Assembly: GCA_024695235.1 (NCBI GenBank)
Contig: JAILIP010000013.1
Coordinates: 1 to 59,453, forward strand
DNA: 59,453 bases
Reading direction: 5' to 3'
Source of the DNA: Bacilli bacterium
GTDB lineage: Bacteria > Bacillota_I > Bacilli_A > RFN20 > CAG-826
The translations under genes and the position numbers were made by a program. The notes under the pieces are model-generated. The model worked only from the letters and a program-made list of their open reading frames with translations. It did no database searches and had not been told where the DNA came from. Of the stretch, positions 32,515-41,785 are shown in pieces. Positions within the stretch are counted from its first letter, which is position 1. Every line of letters begins with the position of its first letter.

Positions 32515-33736
32515 AAGTAAAATTGAGAAAATGACCTCAATTAATGAGGCTCATATCGTTAGACGACTAATAGCAGCGATATTAGACGCTCTTTTAGGTA
32601 TTTTCTTATTTTTCCTTTTATCTATGACTGCAATGACTGCTATTGCAAATAAAGCCTTTGGCTATTCTGATTTACACCAAGTATATGCTAGATATCAAAC
32701 AGCATCTCATCTATACATGTACCAACAAGCAAATAATGATGGTTCTGTTAGCCTCATTGAAGTCAAAGATTATGAAAAAGAAATAGATCCTGAAAAAGAT
32801 TCGAAGATCATTTCTATTGTTGATATTGATACTGAAACACCTAGTTATGTTTTAGAACATATTCGTTATTACTATCTATCATTCTTAACAGGTGAAAATA
32901 TTGAAGTTCCAGAGTCTGTTACACGTGAATACGATATTGTCAAAGACAATCTCGTAGATCCAAATTACGATAAGGCGTTAGAGAATGGCCAACTTCCAAA
33001 AGAATTCTATACAGAAGAATATTTTTCTAAGGAAATTCTTAAGGTTGAAAGTGATGGTCAATATTACTTTGATGTTGATGAAAACTTCAAAGCTTCTATC
33101 AAAGAAGGTGTGGATGAAACCGCAGTGATGAAGTACATCAAAAATGTTGGTTATAGTGCTCAAAAAGGACTATATTACGCTGACTATATGCAGGCAATGA
33201 ATAAGAGAGCAAAATGGATTCAAGTATTCATCTTTGTTCCACCTTATGTCTTAGTTATGTGCCTAGAATATTTACTCGTTCCAATGCTATTTAAAAATGG
33301 CGAAACACTTGGTAAAAAGACAATGCACATATGCTTGCTTGCTAAAGATGGATACGCGATTAAAAAGCGACAAGTAATCTTTAGATTCTTAGTATTTTTT
33401 GTTGAAATATCACTGTCCTTATTCGTTGTAGGTGTTGGCATGATGTCGTTTGTCACAGGAGCAGTAGGTGTTCTCATCTTATTTGCAGCGACATTGATCT
33501 CAAAGACTAACCGTTCTCCTCACGATTATGCTGCCGCTACAGTTGTCATTGATGAAAGAACATCTGTCTTCTTTGAATCACCTCTTAGTGAAAAGCAACA
33601 CGTTGACGCCTTTAACGAGAATATATCCTCACTTAATGAATATAACGAGATAGGCAAAAACGTCATTCAAGTCGGTGGAGAAATCATCGATCCTGAGCTC
33701 AAAAAGGAAATTGAGAGCAAAAGAAAAGAAAAATAA
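32507..33736 (+). CDS. RDD-family membrane protein (paralog of the upstream gene)
   Basis: RRLIAAILD, GETLGK, PHD motifs; 8-nt overlap with the upstream paralog. Confidence 0.7.
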   Translation: MDRSKIEKMTSINEAHIVRRLIAAILDALLGIFLFFLLSMTAMTAIANKAFGYSDLHQVYARYQTASHLYMYQQANNDGSVSLIEVKDYEKEIDPEKDSKIISIVDIDTETPSYVLEHIRYYYLSFLTGENIEVPESVTREYDIVKDNLVDPNYDKALENGQLPKEFYTEEYFSKEILKVESDGQYYFDVDENFKASIKEGVDETAVMKYIKNVGYSAQKGLYYADYMQAMNKRAKWIQVFIFVPPYVLVMCLEYLLVPMLFKNGETLGKKTMHICLLAKDGYAIKKRQVIFRFLVFFVEISLSLFVVGVGMMSFVTGAVGVLILFAATLISKTNRSPHDYAAATVVIDERTSVFFESPLSEKQHVDAFNENISSLNEYNEIGKNVIQVGGEIIDPELKKEIESKRKEK

Positions 33737-33759
33737 TTTTTAGCCAAAAATAGCAAAAA

Positions 33760-33784
33760 CTCCGATTTTTCGGGGCTTTTCTTT
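33760..33784 (+). terminator. Probable terminator
   Basis: CTCCGA-tttt-TCGGGG plus T-rich tail. Confidence 0.55.
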
Positions 33785-33791
33785 ATATTCA

Positions 33792-33843
33792 TAAAAGCGC
33801 TTACAAGTTTTGTTTGTAGTCGTTCTTATAACTATGTTATTAT
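33792..33843 (+). promoter_or_regulatory. cre/LacI-like site plus promoter of the ABC operon
   Basis: TAAAAGCGCTTACA at 33792-33805; TTGTAG-18-TATTAT with TG extension. Confidence 0.45.
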
Positions 33844-33896
33844 TGGATTGTAGTAAAACAGCTACGTATATTTACACCATAGGAGGTACAAACTAC

Positions 33897-35438
33897 ATGG
33901 AAGTAAGAATTGAAAATCTTACGAAAACCTTCATCGGTCGAAAAGGTGCAAAAACAACCGCTGTTAATCAAATGAGCTTCACAATTCCTGACGGTAAACT
34001 CGTCGGACTTTTAGGTCCATCTGGTTGCGGTAAATCGACAACTCTATACATGATTGCCGGATTGCATAAACCGACTGATGGACATATCTGGTTTGGTGAT
34101 GAGGATGTTACAAACGTTCCACCTGAGAACCGTGGCATTGGCTTAGTTTTCCAAAACTATGCTCTTTACCCACACCTCTCTGTTAGAAAGAACATTCAAT
34201 TCCCACTAGATAACGTTCGCTTCCCAGGTCCATTTGGTGATGAAGAGAACCGCTTACACGATGTTAAGCACGATCTCAAACAAACCAATGCAGACATTAA
34301 GGCTAACAAAAAAGCCCTTAAGGAAGCAGAATCTAACGTTGCTAAGGCACAAGTTAAACTTGAAAAAGCAAAAGAGCTTGATGACAAAGCAGCTATTGAA
34401 CTCAACGAAGAGTTAGTTAAGAACTATTCTGTCGCAATCGAAGACGCTAAAGAAAAATTAGTTCACCTCGATGAACACTTAGAATACGTTCAAAAAGAAC
34501 TAGTCGCAGCTCAAGAAGCACTTGACAAAGCCAAAGCCGACTTCGCAGTGTTCAAACAAGAACATCCTGAAGAAGCAGCATTAAAAGAAAGAACAAAACT
34601 TTCTAAAGAAGATAAAGATGCAATTGCTCTTGAAATGGCCAAGATCGTTGATATTGCTCCATACCTTGATCGTAAACCAAAAGAATTATCAGGTGGTCAA
34701 CAACAACGTGTCGCTATTGCTCGTGCTCTTGCTAAAAAACCACGTGTCCTTCTTCTTGACGAACCATTATCAAACTTAGACGCACGTCTTCGTTTACAAA
34801 CTCGTGAAGAAATTAAACGTATTCAACGTGAAACAGGTATTACAACTGTCTTCGTTACTCACGACCAAGAAGAAGCTATGTCAATTTCAGATACCATCGT
34901 CGTTATGAAGTTTGGTGTCATTCAACAAATTGACGAACCACAAAAGGTATATGAAGAACCAGCCAACTTATTCGTTGCTAAGTTCTTAGGCTCACCTGCT
35001 ATTAACGTCTTTGATGGCGAAATTAAAGGTGGAAAATTATATTTAAACGGAAAAGAATTCGATAAGGATCCTTGCTATAAGAAACCATATGTAGGTGTTA
35101 TCGAAGAAGAAGTTGAAAAAGAACTTGATTCTGGTGAAGTCGCTAAAGTGAAAGAATCCAGAGAAGTTACTTTAGAAGATCGTAAGGTCAAAATCGCTAT
35201 CCGTCCTGAATCATTCAGCTATGATGACAAGAAAGGTCTTGTACCAGTTGATGTCTTACAAGTTGAAAACATCGGACGTGATATTAACGTTGTCGGACAT
35301 ATTTCCGAACAACCAGAAAATCACATTAAGGTCATTATTCCATCTGAACTTCGTGAAAAAATTCTTGGAAAGGCCCATTTGAATTTCCAACCAAAACGTT
35401 TCTACGTTTTCGAAGAAACCGGAGAAAGAATCAAATAA
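33897..35438 (+). CDS. ABC importer ATPase (MalK/UgpC type) with coiled-coil insertion
   Basis: GPSGCGKST, FQNYALYPH, LSGGQQQR, LLLDEP, VTHDQEEA; start at ATG 33897 after AGGAGG. Confidence 0.92.
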   Translation: MEVRIENLTKTFIGRKGAKTTAVNQMSFTIPDGKLVGLLGPSGCGKSTTLYMIAGLHKPTDGHIWFGDEDVTNVPPENRGIGLVFQNYALYPHLSVRKNIQFPLDNVRFPGPFGDEENRLHDVKHDLKQTNADIKANKKALKEAESNVAKAQVKLEKAKELDDKAAIELNEELVKNYSVAIEDAKEKLVHLDEHLEYVQKELVAAQEALDKAKADFAVFKQEHPEEAALKERTKLSKEDKDAIALEMAKIVDIAPYLDRKPKELSGGQQQRVAIARALAKKPRVLLLDEPLSNLDARLRLQTREEIKRIQRETGITTVFVTHDQEEAMSISDTIVVMKFGVIQQIDEPQKVYEEPANLFVAKFLGSPAINVFDGEIKGGKLYLNGKEFDKDPCYKKPYVGVIEEEVEKELDSGEVAKVKESREVTLEDRKVKIAIRPESFSYDDKKGLVPVDVLQVENIGRDINVVGHISEQPENHIKVIIPSELREKILGKAHLNFQPKRFYVFEETGERIK

Positions 35439-35490
35439 TTATTTGTGATTAATTTATGACAAAAATCTTAAAGAAAGGAAGGAAATAGGA

Positions 35491-36582
35491 ATGTCAGTAG
35501 AAACCGCTGAAGCAGTCAAAATGCCAGAGTTCGATGCAACTAAGGCACGTTTGATTTCCAAAAGACGTCGTTTAAGCCTCCCTCAATGGGCAAATGCTTG
35601 GATCGTCTTAATTCCAGCAATGATTTTCTTGGTCCTATTCATGTTCTATCCGATTTTGAATACATTCTTGATGGCTTTCATTCAAGACTTCGATTTCGGT
35701 AAAGGCGCAGGAAGCTTTGCTTTAGGCAACTTCTTTATCTCGCTTTCGAACGCAAGAAAGGTTCACCAGACATTTGGTTTTGAAAACTTTAGATTAGTTT
35801 TGACTGATGATGTATTCCCAAGAACTATTCTTAATACATTAACATTGGTTGTTATCGAAGTTCCTCTTACCATTATTGTCGCATTGCTGATCGCTACATT
35901 TCTTAACTCAATTAAAGCTCTCAAAGGCTTATTCCAAACCATCTTCTTCTTACCATACGTCACAAACTCTATCGCTTTAGGTCTTGTCTTTACGATGTTA
36001 TTCTCCACGGGTGAGGGTGGTATCGTGAACATGTTCTTAATGAAAGTGTTTGGTATGAAAGAACCTATTAACTGGTTAAAAACATTCGGTACAAGTGGTA
36101 TTGAACCAGCAACTAGAGGACATCAATTAGTTGTTATCGTTACCTCTGCCGTATGGAATGGTATTGCCTTTAAGATTCTCGTCTTCTTGTCAGGTTTAGC
36201 CACAATTGATAAACAGTATTATGATGCTGCTAAGATTGATGGTTCATCAAACTTCACAATTTGGCGCAGAATTACACTCCCATTACTCAGTCCTCAAATT
36301 CTCTACATCACAATTACATCGTTCATCGGTGCATTCAAGATGTACACAGGTGTTATGTCAGTCTACTCATCTATCGCTGGCTCAATGAACGCCTCATACT
36401 ACTTCGGTGGTGAGAAAGGTGAAGACTGGATGCCAATCGTTGGTTGGATTTATCGTATTTTAGGCACACAAACAAATACCTCTAAAGGTGTTGCTGCTGC
36501 CGGATCTTTAATCCTCCTCGGCATTATCTTATTTATTACTCTCGTACAATTTGCTGTTAGCAAAAAGAGAGTTCACTATTAG
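35491..36582 (+). CDS. CUT1 ABC permease (UgpA/MalF type)
   Basis: TM helices; EAA-like loop YYDAAKIDG; ITLPLL.P. Confidence 0.9.
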   Translation: MSVETAEAVKMPEFDATKARLISKRRRLSLPQWANAWIVLIPAMIFLVLFMFYPILNTFLMAFIQDFDFGKGAGSFALGNFFISLSNARKVHQTFGFENFRLVLTDDVFPRTILNTLTLVVIEVPLTIIVALLIATFLNSIKALKGLFQTIFFLPYVTNSIALGLVFTMLFSTGEGGIVNMFLMKVFGMKEPINWLKTFGTSGIEPATRGHQLVVIVTSAVWNGIAFKILVFLSGLATIDKQYYDAAKIDGSSNFTIWRRITLPLLSPQILYITITSFIGAFKMYTGVMSVYSSIAGSMNASYYFGGEKGEDWMPIVGWIYRILGTQTNTSKGVAAAGSLILLGIILFITLVQFAVSKKRVHY

Positions 36583-36597
36583 AAAGGAGGAAATAAA

Positions 36598-37560
36598 ATG
36601 GCTGAACATGCTATGTACTTCGCCGATAAAGGCGCTCTCATTAGATACAGAACCAAAACCATTATTCTTAGAACATTGGTTTACTTGTTCTTAACAGTGT
36701 TTGCATTATTTATGCTTCTTCCTTTCGTATTCATGATTGTTGCTTCGTTTATTAAAGCCGAAGCATTCCAAGAATTCACAACAAGAGCAGATTTCTCTCA
36801 ACTCGGATTTACGAACTGGACATTTGATAACTATGCTCAAGTCTTCGCAGATCACTATACAGACTCTCTTGGTCACGTATTACCACGTCCATCGTTTGGA
36901 CATTACTTCCTCAACACATTTATCGTGGCAATCGGATCAACTGCAGTTACAGTTGTTACTGCTGTTCTTGCTGCCTTTGCGTTCGCAAGACTTGAATTCA
37001 AAGGAAAGAACTTATTGTTCACACTCTTACTCGCCACAATGATGATTCCTGGCGAAATGATGGTTATTACTAACTATCAAACAACAATTCAAATCGGATG
37101 GACCAACACCTTCGCAGCCTTGATTCTTGTTCATGGTGTTTCTGTCTTCTATATCTTCTATTTAAGACAAACATTCCAACAAATTCCTAATGAACTTTAT
37201 CTCGCTGCCAAAGTTGATGGTGTCAACGATATTGGATACTTATTCAAAGTTATGATTCCAATTGCTATGCCAACAATCACAACAATCATTATTCTTACAC
37301 TTATGGGTTCATGGAACTCCTTCGTGTGGCCTAACCTTGTTGCTAATGGTAACTGGAAATATAACGCTAACTATTCTATGAAACTTGTTTCCAACGGACT
37401 TATGTCCTTGTTCGGACAACAAGCTAGTGGAGCCGCCGATGGTGGAGACACAATCAAGATTGCAGGATCAATGGTTGTTACCGCTCCTCTATTCGTCTTC
37501 TTCATTATTTTCCATAAGTACATTATGCGCGGCGTATCACGCTCAGGTATTAAAGGATAA
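36598..37560 (+). CDS. CUT1 ABC permease (UgpE/MalG type)
   Basis: AAFAFARL.F.GK, IP.ELY.AAKVDG, WNSF.WP. Confidence 0.9.
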   Translation: MAEHAMYFADKGALIRYRTKTIILRTLVYLFLTVFALFMLLPFVFMIVASFIKAEAFQEFTTRADFSQLGFTNWTFDNYAQVFADHYTDSLGHVLPRPSFGHYFLNTFIVAIGSTAVTVVTAVLAAFAFARLEFKGKNLLFTLLLATMMIPGEMMVITNYQTTIQIGWTNTFAALILVHGVSVFYIFYLRQTFQQIPNELYLAAKVDGVNDIGYLFKVMIPIAMPTITTIIILTLMGSWNSFVWPNLVANGNWKYNANYSMKLVSNGLMSLFGQQASGAADGGDTIKIAGSMVVTAPLFVFFIIFHKYIMRGVSRSGIKG

Positions 37561-37580
37561 TAAAAAGAAAGGATTTATTT

Positions 37581-39224
37581 ATGAAAAAATCAAAATTGAT
37601 TGCTACCGCGTTCGTTGGAGTGCTCTCTGCAGGTGCTCTTGCTGGCTGTGGTAAGAAAGGTGACCTCATGATGTGGACCGGTTTCGGTTCTTCATATTCC
37701 GTCGCCTTAAGAGATGTTCTTGATCAATACACTGCAGCGACCGGTGTCAGTGTTGACCACGAATCTCAATCAGGTTATCCAAACCTCCAAAACAATATCA
37801 ATAACTCAATCGCAACCGAGTCATTCCCAAATATTGCTAATGGTTATCCTGATCACTTTGCTGGATATATTTCCAACGATATTCAAGTACCTCTTGATTC
37901 CTACATTGAAGCTTACAACGAGAGTCATGCTGATTTATTAGCAGAAAGAGGCATCTCAAATATTCTTGATGATTTCTATCCAGAATACATGACCGAAAAC
38001 CAAACTCTTGCATATGATGACGCAGGTAAAGGTATCACCTATGGTCTTCCATTTAACAAATCAACAGAAGTCTTAGGTTACAATAACTTCTTCGTCCAAT
38101 ATGCTCAATCTATCGATCCATCTCTTAGAGTCCCTAAGACATGGGAAGAAGTTCAAGTAGATGGTCCAAAATATCGTGCAATCATGGATACACTTGCTCA
38201 AAAACACGATGACGAATCAGTCACCGCTGGTAAGTGGTTATTCGGTAAACTCGATATGAGAGAAGAAAGTGTTACTGGTCTTCCACCAGGCACACTCGTC
38301 CAACCAGGCACATTCCGTGTCGTTGATGCTCAATATGATGAAAGTGGCGCTGAAAAAGATGCCAAGAGCTATGCTCAAGAAGGTGAATCCCTCTTAATTA
38401 GCTGTGCTAAAGTTGATATGGGTTACTTCCGTGTCTTCTCATGGGATAGTGCTGATAACATGTTCATTACTATTGTCCGTCAATGGGGTGGACAATACAC
38501 CAAATATGACAAGGACGATATCGTCTTTGGTCACGGCTGGGCAAGATTCTATGATGATGATGTTAAAGCCAAGACAAAAGAAGCATTAGAATACTTCTGC
38601 GATCTTTACACAGATAAGACCTTTGGTCTTCCATCAGACTTATCTGCAACCGCATCCTACTCATCTGATTCATTCTTAGTCAATCAATGTATCTTCACCG
38701 TCTGTTCATCAGGTGGCCTAAGCTACAACATTAAAGAAGGTTTCGGACGTAGATTCCGCGTTGCTCCAATTCCTTATAAAGATGCTGATCATAAGTATGT
38801 TATCTCCCAAGGTACAAACTTAGCCGTCTTTGATCAAGGTGGAGAAGATAAGATTCAAAAATCATTCGATTTAATCATCGAACTCTGTACTGGCGATTAT
38901 CAATCACAATGGGCTGTTGAAACTGGTTACTATCCAGCTGCTAAGTCCGCTGTTGTTGAAGGTTCACCATACTACAAGTTAATTCATGAAACTCAAGATA
39001 CTGAAGTTAAGCTTGCTTACCAAGAATCTGCTAGAGTCAATGAAGAAAACTACATGAAAGAAAGCGAAAAATGGATTAAGTTCGTTGATCCAGGATTCGT
39101 CGGTTCATCAGTCATCCGTAACGAAGTTGGTACACTTCCAGGTATCGTCTTCCTTCACGGTAAGACTTCCATCGATGAAGAGCTTGCAAAAGCTTATTCA
39201 CGTCTAAAAGGTTACGTTAAATAA
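37581..39224 (+). CDS. ABC substrate-binding lipoprotein
   Basis: Lipobox LAGC; YGLPFNKSTE, QG.NL, W...TGY.P typical of cluster D binding proteins. Confidence 0.85.
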   Translation: MKKSKLIATAFVGVLSAGALAGCGKKGDLMMWTGFGSSYSVALRDVLDQYTAATGVSVDHESQSGYPNLQNNINNSIATESFPNIANGYPDHFAGYISNDIQVPLDSYIEAYNESHADLLAERGISNILDDFYPEYMTENQTLAYDDAGKGITYGLPFNKSTEVLGYNNFFVQYAQSIDPSLRVPKTWEEVQVDGPKYRAIMDTLAQKHDDESVTAGKWLFGKLDMREESVTGLPPGTLVQPGTFRVVDAQYDESGAEKDAKSYAQEGESLLISCAKVDMGYFRVFSWDSADNMFITIVRQWGGQYTKYDKDDIVFGHGWARFYDDDVKAKTKEALEYFCDLYTDKTFGLPSDLSATASYSSDSFLVNQCIFTVCSSGGLSYNIKEGFGRRFRVAPIPYKDADHKYVISQGTNLAVFDQGGEDKIQKSFDLIIELCTGDYQSQWAVETGYYPAAKSAVVEGSPYYKLIHETQDTEVKLAYQESARVNEENYMKESEKWIKFVDPGFVGSSVIRNEVGTLPGIVFLHGKTSIDEELAKAYSRLKGYVK

Positions 39225-39235
39225 CCACTTTAAAT

Positions 39236-39262
39236 GGCTGCACTCATTTTGGGTGCAGCCTT
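39236..39262 (+). terminator. Strong hairpin with weak U tract (leaky terminator or stabiliser)
   Basis: GGCTGCAC..GTGCAGCC. Confidence 0.55.
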
Positions 39263-39336
39263 AAGTCGTTTATTTCAATATTTGTTCAAGTTAGCTAGTT
39301 GAATAAATGTTGTGATAATAAAATGAAAGGATTCAT

Positions 39337-40527
39337 ATGAAACTTACAAAACTCTTATTACTAAGTGCTGGTATGTTATCCGTTAGTGCCCTTGCATCAT
39401 GTGGTACAAAGGATGAAAAAGCCGCCTTAGAAAAAGTAATGAAAGGTACAATCATTACTGAAAACGCAACAGGTGCTCCAGTTGTCTCTGGTACACCATC
39501 TGAACTTGATGGTTTTAAAAACACATGTTTAGATTTAACAACTGTTCAAATTAAAAACAAAAAGAACGTTAAGATTACATGGGAAGTTGTTTCTAACAAA
39601 GACAAAGTAAAATCACAAGCTAAATTAGATGACAACCACGATCGTTTGAAATTCAACTATGGTTCCCATGCTGAAGGTCATGACGATCAATATGAAACAA
39701 CAGAAGTCGAACTTAAGGCTACTGGTAAATGTGGTGGTGCTAAACTCACCAAAAACTACAAAGTCGTCTTAAAACACAACAAGAATATCTACGATGCATT
39801 ATCACTCGAAGAATTCTATGCTGCAGAAGGCGATCGTTATGCCATCCAAGATGAAGACTATGGTCTTCCAGGCAACCACGGACAACAATATAACTATGTT
39901 AAAGTCTCTGGTAAGTTAGAATATATGTCACCAGATGGTAACTGGGGTCTTCTCAGTGATGGTGATCACGTTGTTGAACTTTATCAATTAACAAAATCAA
40001 CCGACTACGCAATGTGTGAAGTTGGTAAATACCTTGATGTTTATGGTTCCGTTTCTCAATACAAAGGTAATTTACAAGTCCAATACTGTAACTTTATCGA
40101 AGAAATGAGCGATCATAGCAGAATTCAAGCCATGACGGAATATGGTGAAATGCCTGAAGATATGAATACATCAGTCGCGTTCAATTCTGGCGTTATGAGC
40201 CGTATTGCAACTCTTTCAAACGTTGAAGTACTCAAATTCTTTGATAAGAACAATAACGAAAAAGCAGCTACTGATTTTGATGCTGGCGATCGTTTCGTTA
40301 TTCAAGTCCAAAAAGGCGCAAAGAAATTCAACATCGCTTATGACTATCACGCAGCTAAAGGTGATGATACACTTACAGCAGCATTCAATAGCTTCATCAA
40401 AGGCTTATCAGCTGGCGATCACATCAATGTTAAAGGTACAATCAGATACAACATTGATGGTGACTTGGCAAAACCTGGTGGTGAATATCAACTTACACCA
40501 TACTTTGCTGAACACTTAAGCAAATAA
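39337..40527 (+). CDS. Lipoprotein with probable tandem OB folds
   Basis: Lipobox LASC; V.VSG..EVG.YLDVYG.VSQYKGNLQV and GDHINVKG.I..GEYQLTP resemble OB folds of extracellular nucleases. Confidence 0.55.
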   Translation: MKLTKLLLLSAGMLSVSALASCGTKDEKAALEKVMKGTIITENATGAPVVSGTPSELDGFKNTCLDLTTVQIKNKKNVKITWEVVSNKDKVKSQAKLDDNHDRLKFNYGSHAEGHDDQYETTEVELKATGKCGGAKLTKNYKVVLKHNKNIYDALSLEEFYAAEGDRYAIQDEDYGLPGNHGQQYNYVKVSGKLEYMSPDGNWGLLSDGDHVVELYQLTKSTDYAMCEVGKYLDVYGSVSQYKGNLQVQYCNFIEEMSDHSRIQAMTEYGEMPEDMNTSVAFNSGVMSRIATLSNVEVLKFFDKNNNEKAATDFDAGDRFVIQVQKGAKKFNIAYDYHAAKGDDTLTAAFNSFIKGLSAGDHINVKGTIRYNIDGDLAKPGGEYQLTPYFAEHLSK

Positions 40528-40546
40528 TAATCTTTGATTAAAAATC

Positions 40547-40576
40547 GAACCCGTTAGAAATAATGGGTTCTTTTTT
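40547..40576 (+). terminator. Rho-independent terminator
   Basis: GAACCCGTTA-gaaa-TAATGGGTTC plus T6. Confidence 0.85.
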
Positions 40577-40578
40577 AA

Positions 40579-40607
40579 TTGCAAGAATGAAACGATTAGT
40601 ATATTAT
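40579..40607 (+). promoter_or_regulatory. SigA promoter for tRNA-Lys
   Basis: TTGCAA-17-TATTAT. Confidence 0.7.
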
Positions 40608-40619
40608 AGATAAGCCGAT

Positions 40620-40695
40620 GCACCATTAGCTCAGCTGGTAGAGCAACTGACTCTTAATCAGTGGGTCGTGAGTTCGAATCCTACATGGTGCACCA
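40620..40695 (+). tRNA. tRNA-Lys(CUU)
   Basis: 76-nt cloverleaf: GCACCAT/ATGGTGC acceptor, ACTGA-CTCTTAA-TCAGT anticodon arm, TTCGAAT, encoded CCA. Confidence 0.95.
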
Positions 40696-40707
40696 CTTAA
40701 CAAATTT

Positions 40708-40729
40708 CCGCACTTTGTGCGGTTTTTTT
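40708..40729 (+). terminator. Terminator after tRNA-Lys
   Basis: CCGCAC-ttt-GTGCGG plus T7. Confidence 0.8.
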
Positions 40730-40744
40730 GTTATCATATCAAAG

Positions 40745-41257
40745 ATGAAAACATTTATTCTTCTTTCTGCTATCCCTGGAGCAGGTAAATCCACATGGGC
40801 TGAACAGTACCGTTTAACCCATAGACATGTTTTAGTTGTCTCTAGTGATGAAATAAGAAAAGAAATCACTGGTTTATATCAAAATTTTGAACATGAAAAG
40901 GAAGTGTGGGATCTCTTTTTTAAAAGAATCTTAGAGTATCGTGATAAGTATGATGATGTTACCGTTATTGCAGATTCTACAAACACTCAAAATAAATACA
41001 GGATGTTTTATGCTGAAAATGTCGTAGGTTTTGATAGAAAAGTATTAATTGAATTCAAAAAACCATTTGAGCAAATTCTTAAACAGAACAAAGAAAGAAA
41101 TGAATCAAAGATTGTTCCTGAAAAGATACTTAAAGCAATGTGGGATTCTTATGAAGAACCTGATGATGAAGTAATTGATAATTTTGATGAATACATTGTG
41201 ATCCATAAATGGTTTGATTCATCAAAGGTAAAACAATCATTCCATTATAATCCTTAG
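40745..41257 (+). CDS. P-loop kinase (AAA_33 / Pnk-like)
   Basis: IPGAGKST, SSDEIR, DSTN, R....VP; start at ATG 40745 because the ORF-track start lies inside the tRNA. Confidence 0.8.
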   Translation: MKTFILLSAIPGAGKSTWAEQYRLTHRHVLVVSSDEIRKEITGLYQNFEHEKEVWDLFFKRILEYRDKYDDVTVIADSTNTQNKYRMFYAENVVGFDRKVLIEFKKPFEQILKQNKERNESKIVPEKILKAMWDSYEEPDDEVIDNFDEYIVIHKWFDSSKVKQSFHYNP

Positions 41258-41277
41258 AAAGATATATAATTAAATAT

Positions 41278-41682
41278 ATGAATAAAACGACTGCTAAAAA
41301 ATATTTATCCGCGATTAAAAACGCTAAGAAGAAATGCCTTACTAGCGAAGGTCTTTCTCGTTTGATCGGTATTTATCCAGAAATTATCAATGAACAACTA
41401 TCTTTCTTTGAGCCAATGCTTGCAATGGATACTTCCTATAACCTAAAGGATTTAATTCCTACCATTGAAGAGTACATTGAAAAAGAAGAGGCTGTTAAAG
41501 TTAAGAAAGCCAAATTTGAAGCCAAAAAACACGCTTCTAAATATAAAGGTGTCTCTGATTTCGTTTATCAAAAGCTCACAGTCGGAGGCTTAGTCAATAG
41601 AAATGCCTCCTTAAATGAGGCTGAACTAAAGGTTCTCCGTAAGCTCGTAAATGAAGAGTTAGAGGCCCTAAAAAAGCAATAA
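41278..41682 (+). CDS. Hypothetical protein with Rex-like N-terminal winged helix
   Basis: KTTAKK..LTSEGLSRLIGI...INEQLSFF..SYNLKDLI aligns by eye to the Rex DNA-binding domain; no Rossmann domain. Confidence 0.55.
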   Translation: MNKTTAKKYLSAIKNAKKKCLTSEGLSRLIGIYPEIINEQLSFFEPMLAMDTSYNLKDLIPTIEEYIEKEEAVKVKKAKFEAKKHASKYKGVSDFVYQKLTVGGLVNRNASLNEAELKVLRKLVNEELEALKKQ

Positions 41683-41698
41683 TTCATAAAAATTATCA

Positions 41699-41756
41699 TG
41701 AAATCGGTTTCAATGCCGATTTTTTTATTGAAACTATGCATTTTGCTACTTATAAT
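41699..41756 (+). promoter_or_regulatory. cre-like palindrome overlapping a terminator, plus the nifJ promoter
   Basis: TGAAATCGGTTTCA at 41699-41712; hairpin AAATCGG..CCGATTT plus Ts; TTGAAA-17-TATAAT at 41728-41756. Confidence 0.7.
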
Positions 41757-41785
41757 AATTTTGTAAAAATTAAGGAGTTTTTATA

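Noticed and set aside
35443-35462. Rex-box-like TTGTGA..ACAA between the ABC ATPase and permease
   Set aside because: It spans 20 bp rather than the 18-bp Rex consensus, and no promoter is evident
40661-40744. N-terminal extensions in the ORF track (also 2323, 5671, 8253, 12277, 21433, 26988, 33810, 50270, 54469, 57393)
   Set aside because: They overlap a tRNA, terminator, promoter or SD; downstream ATGs fit the family N-termini better
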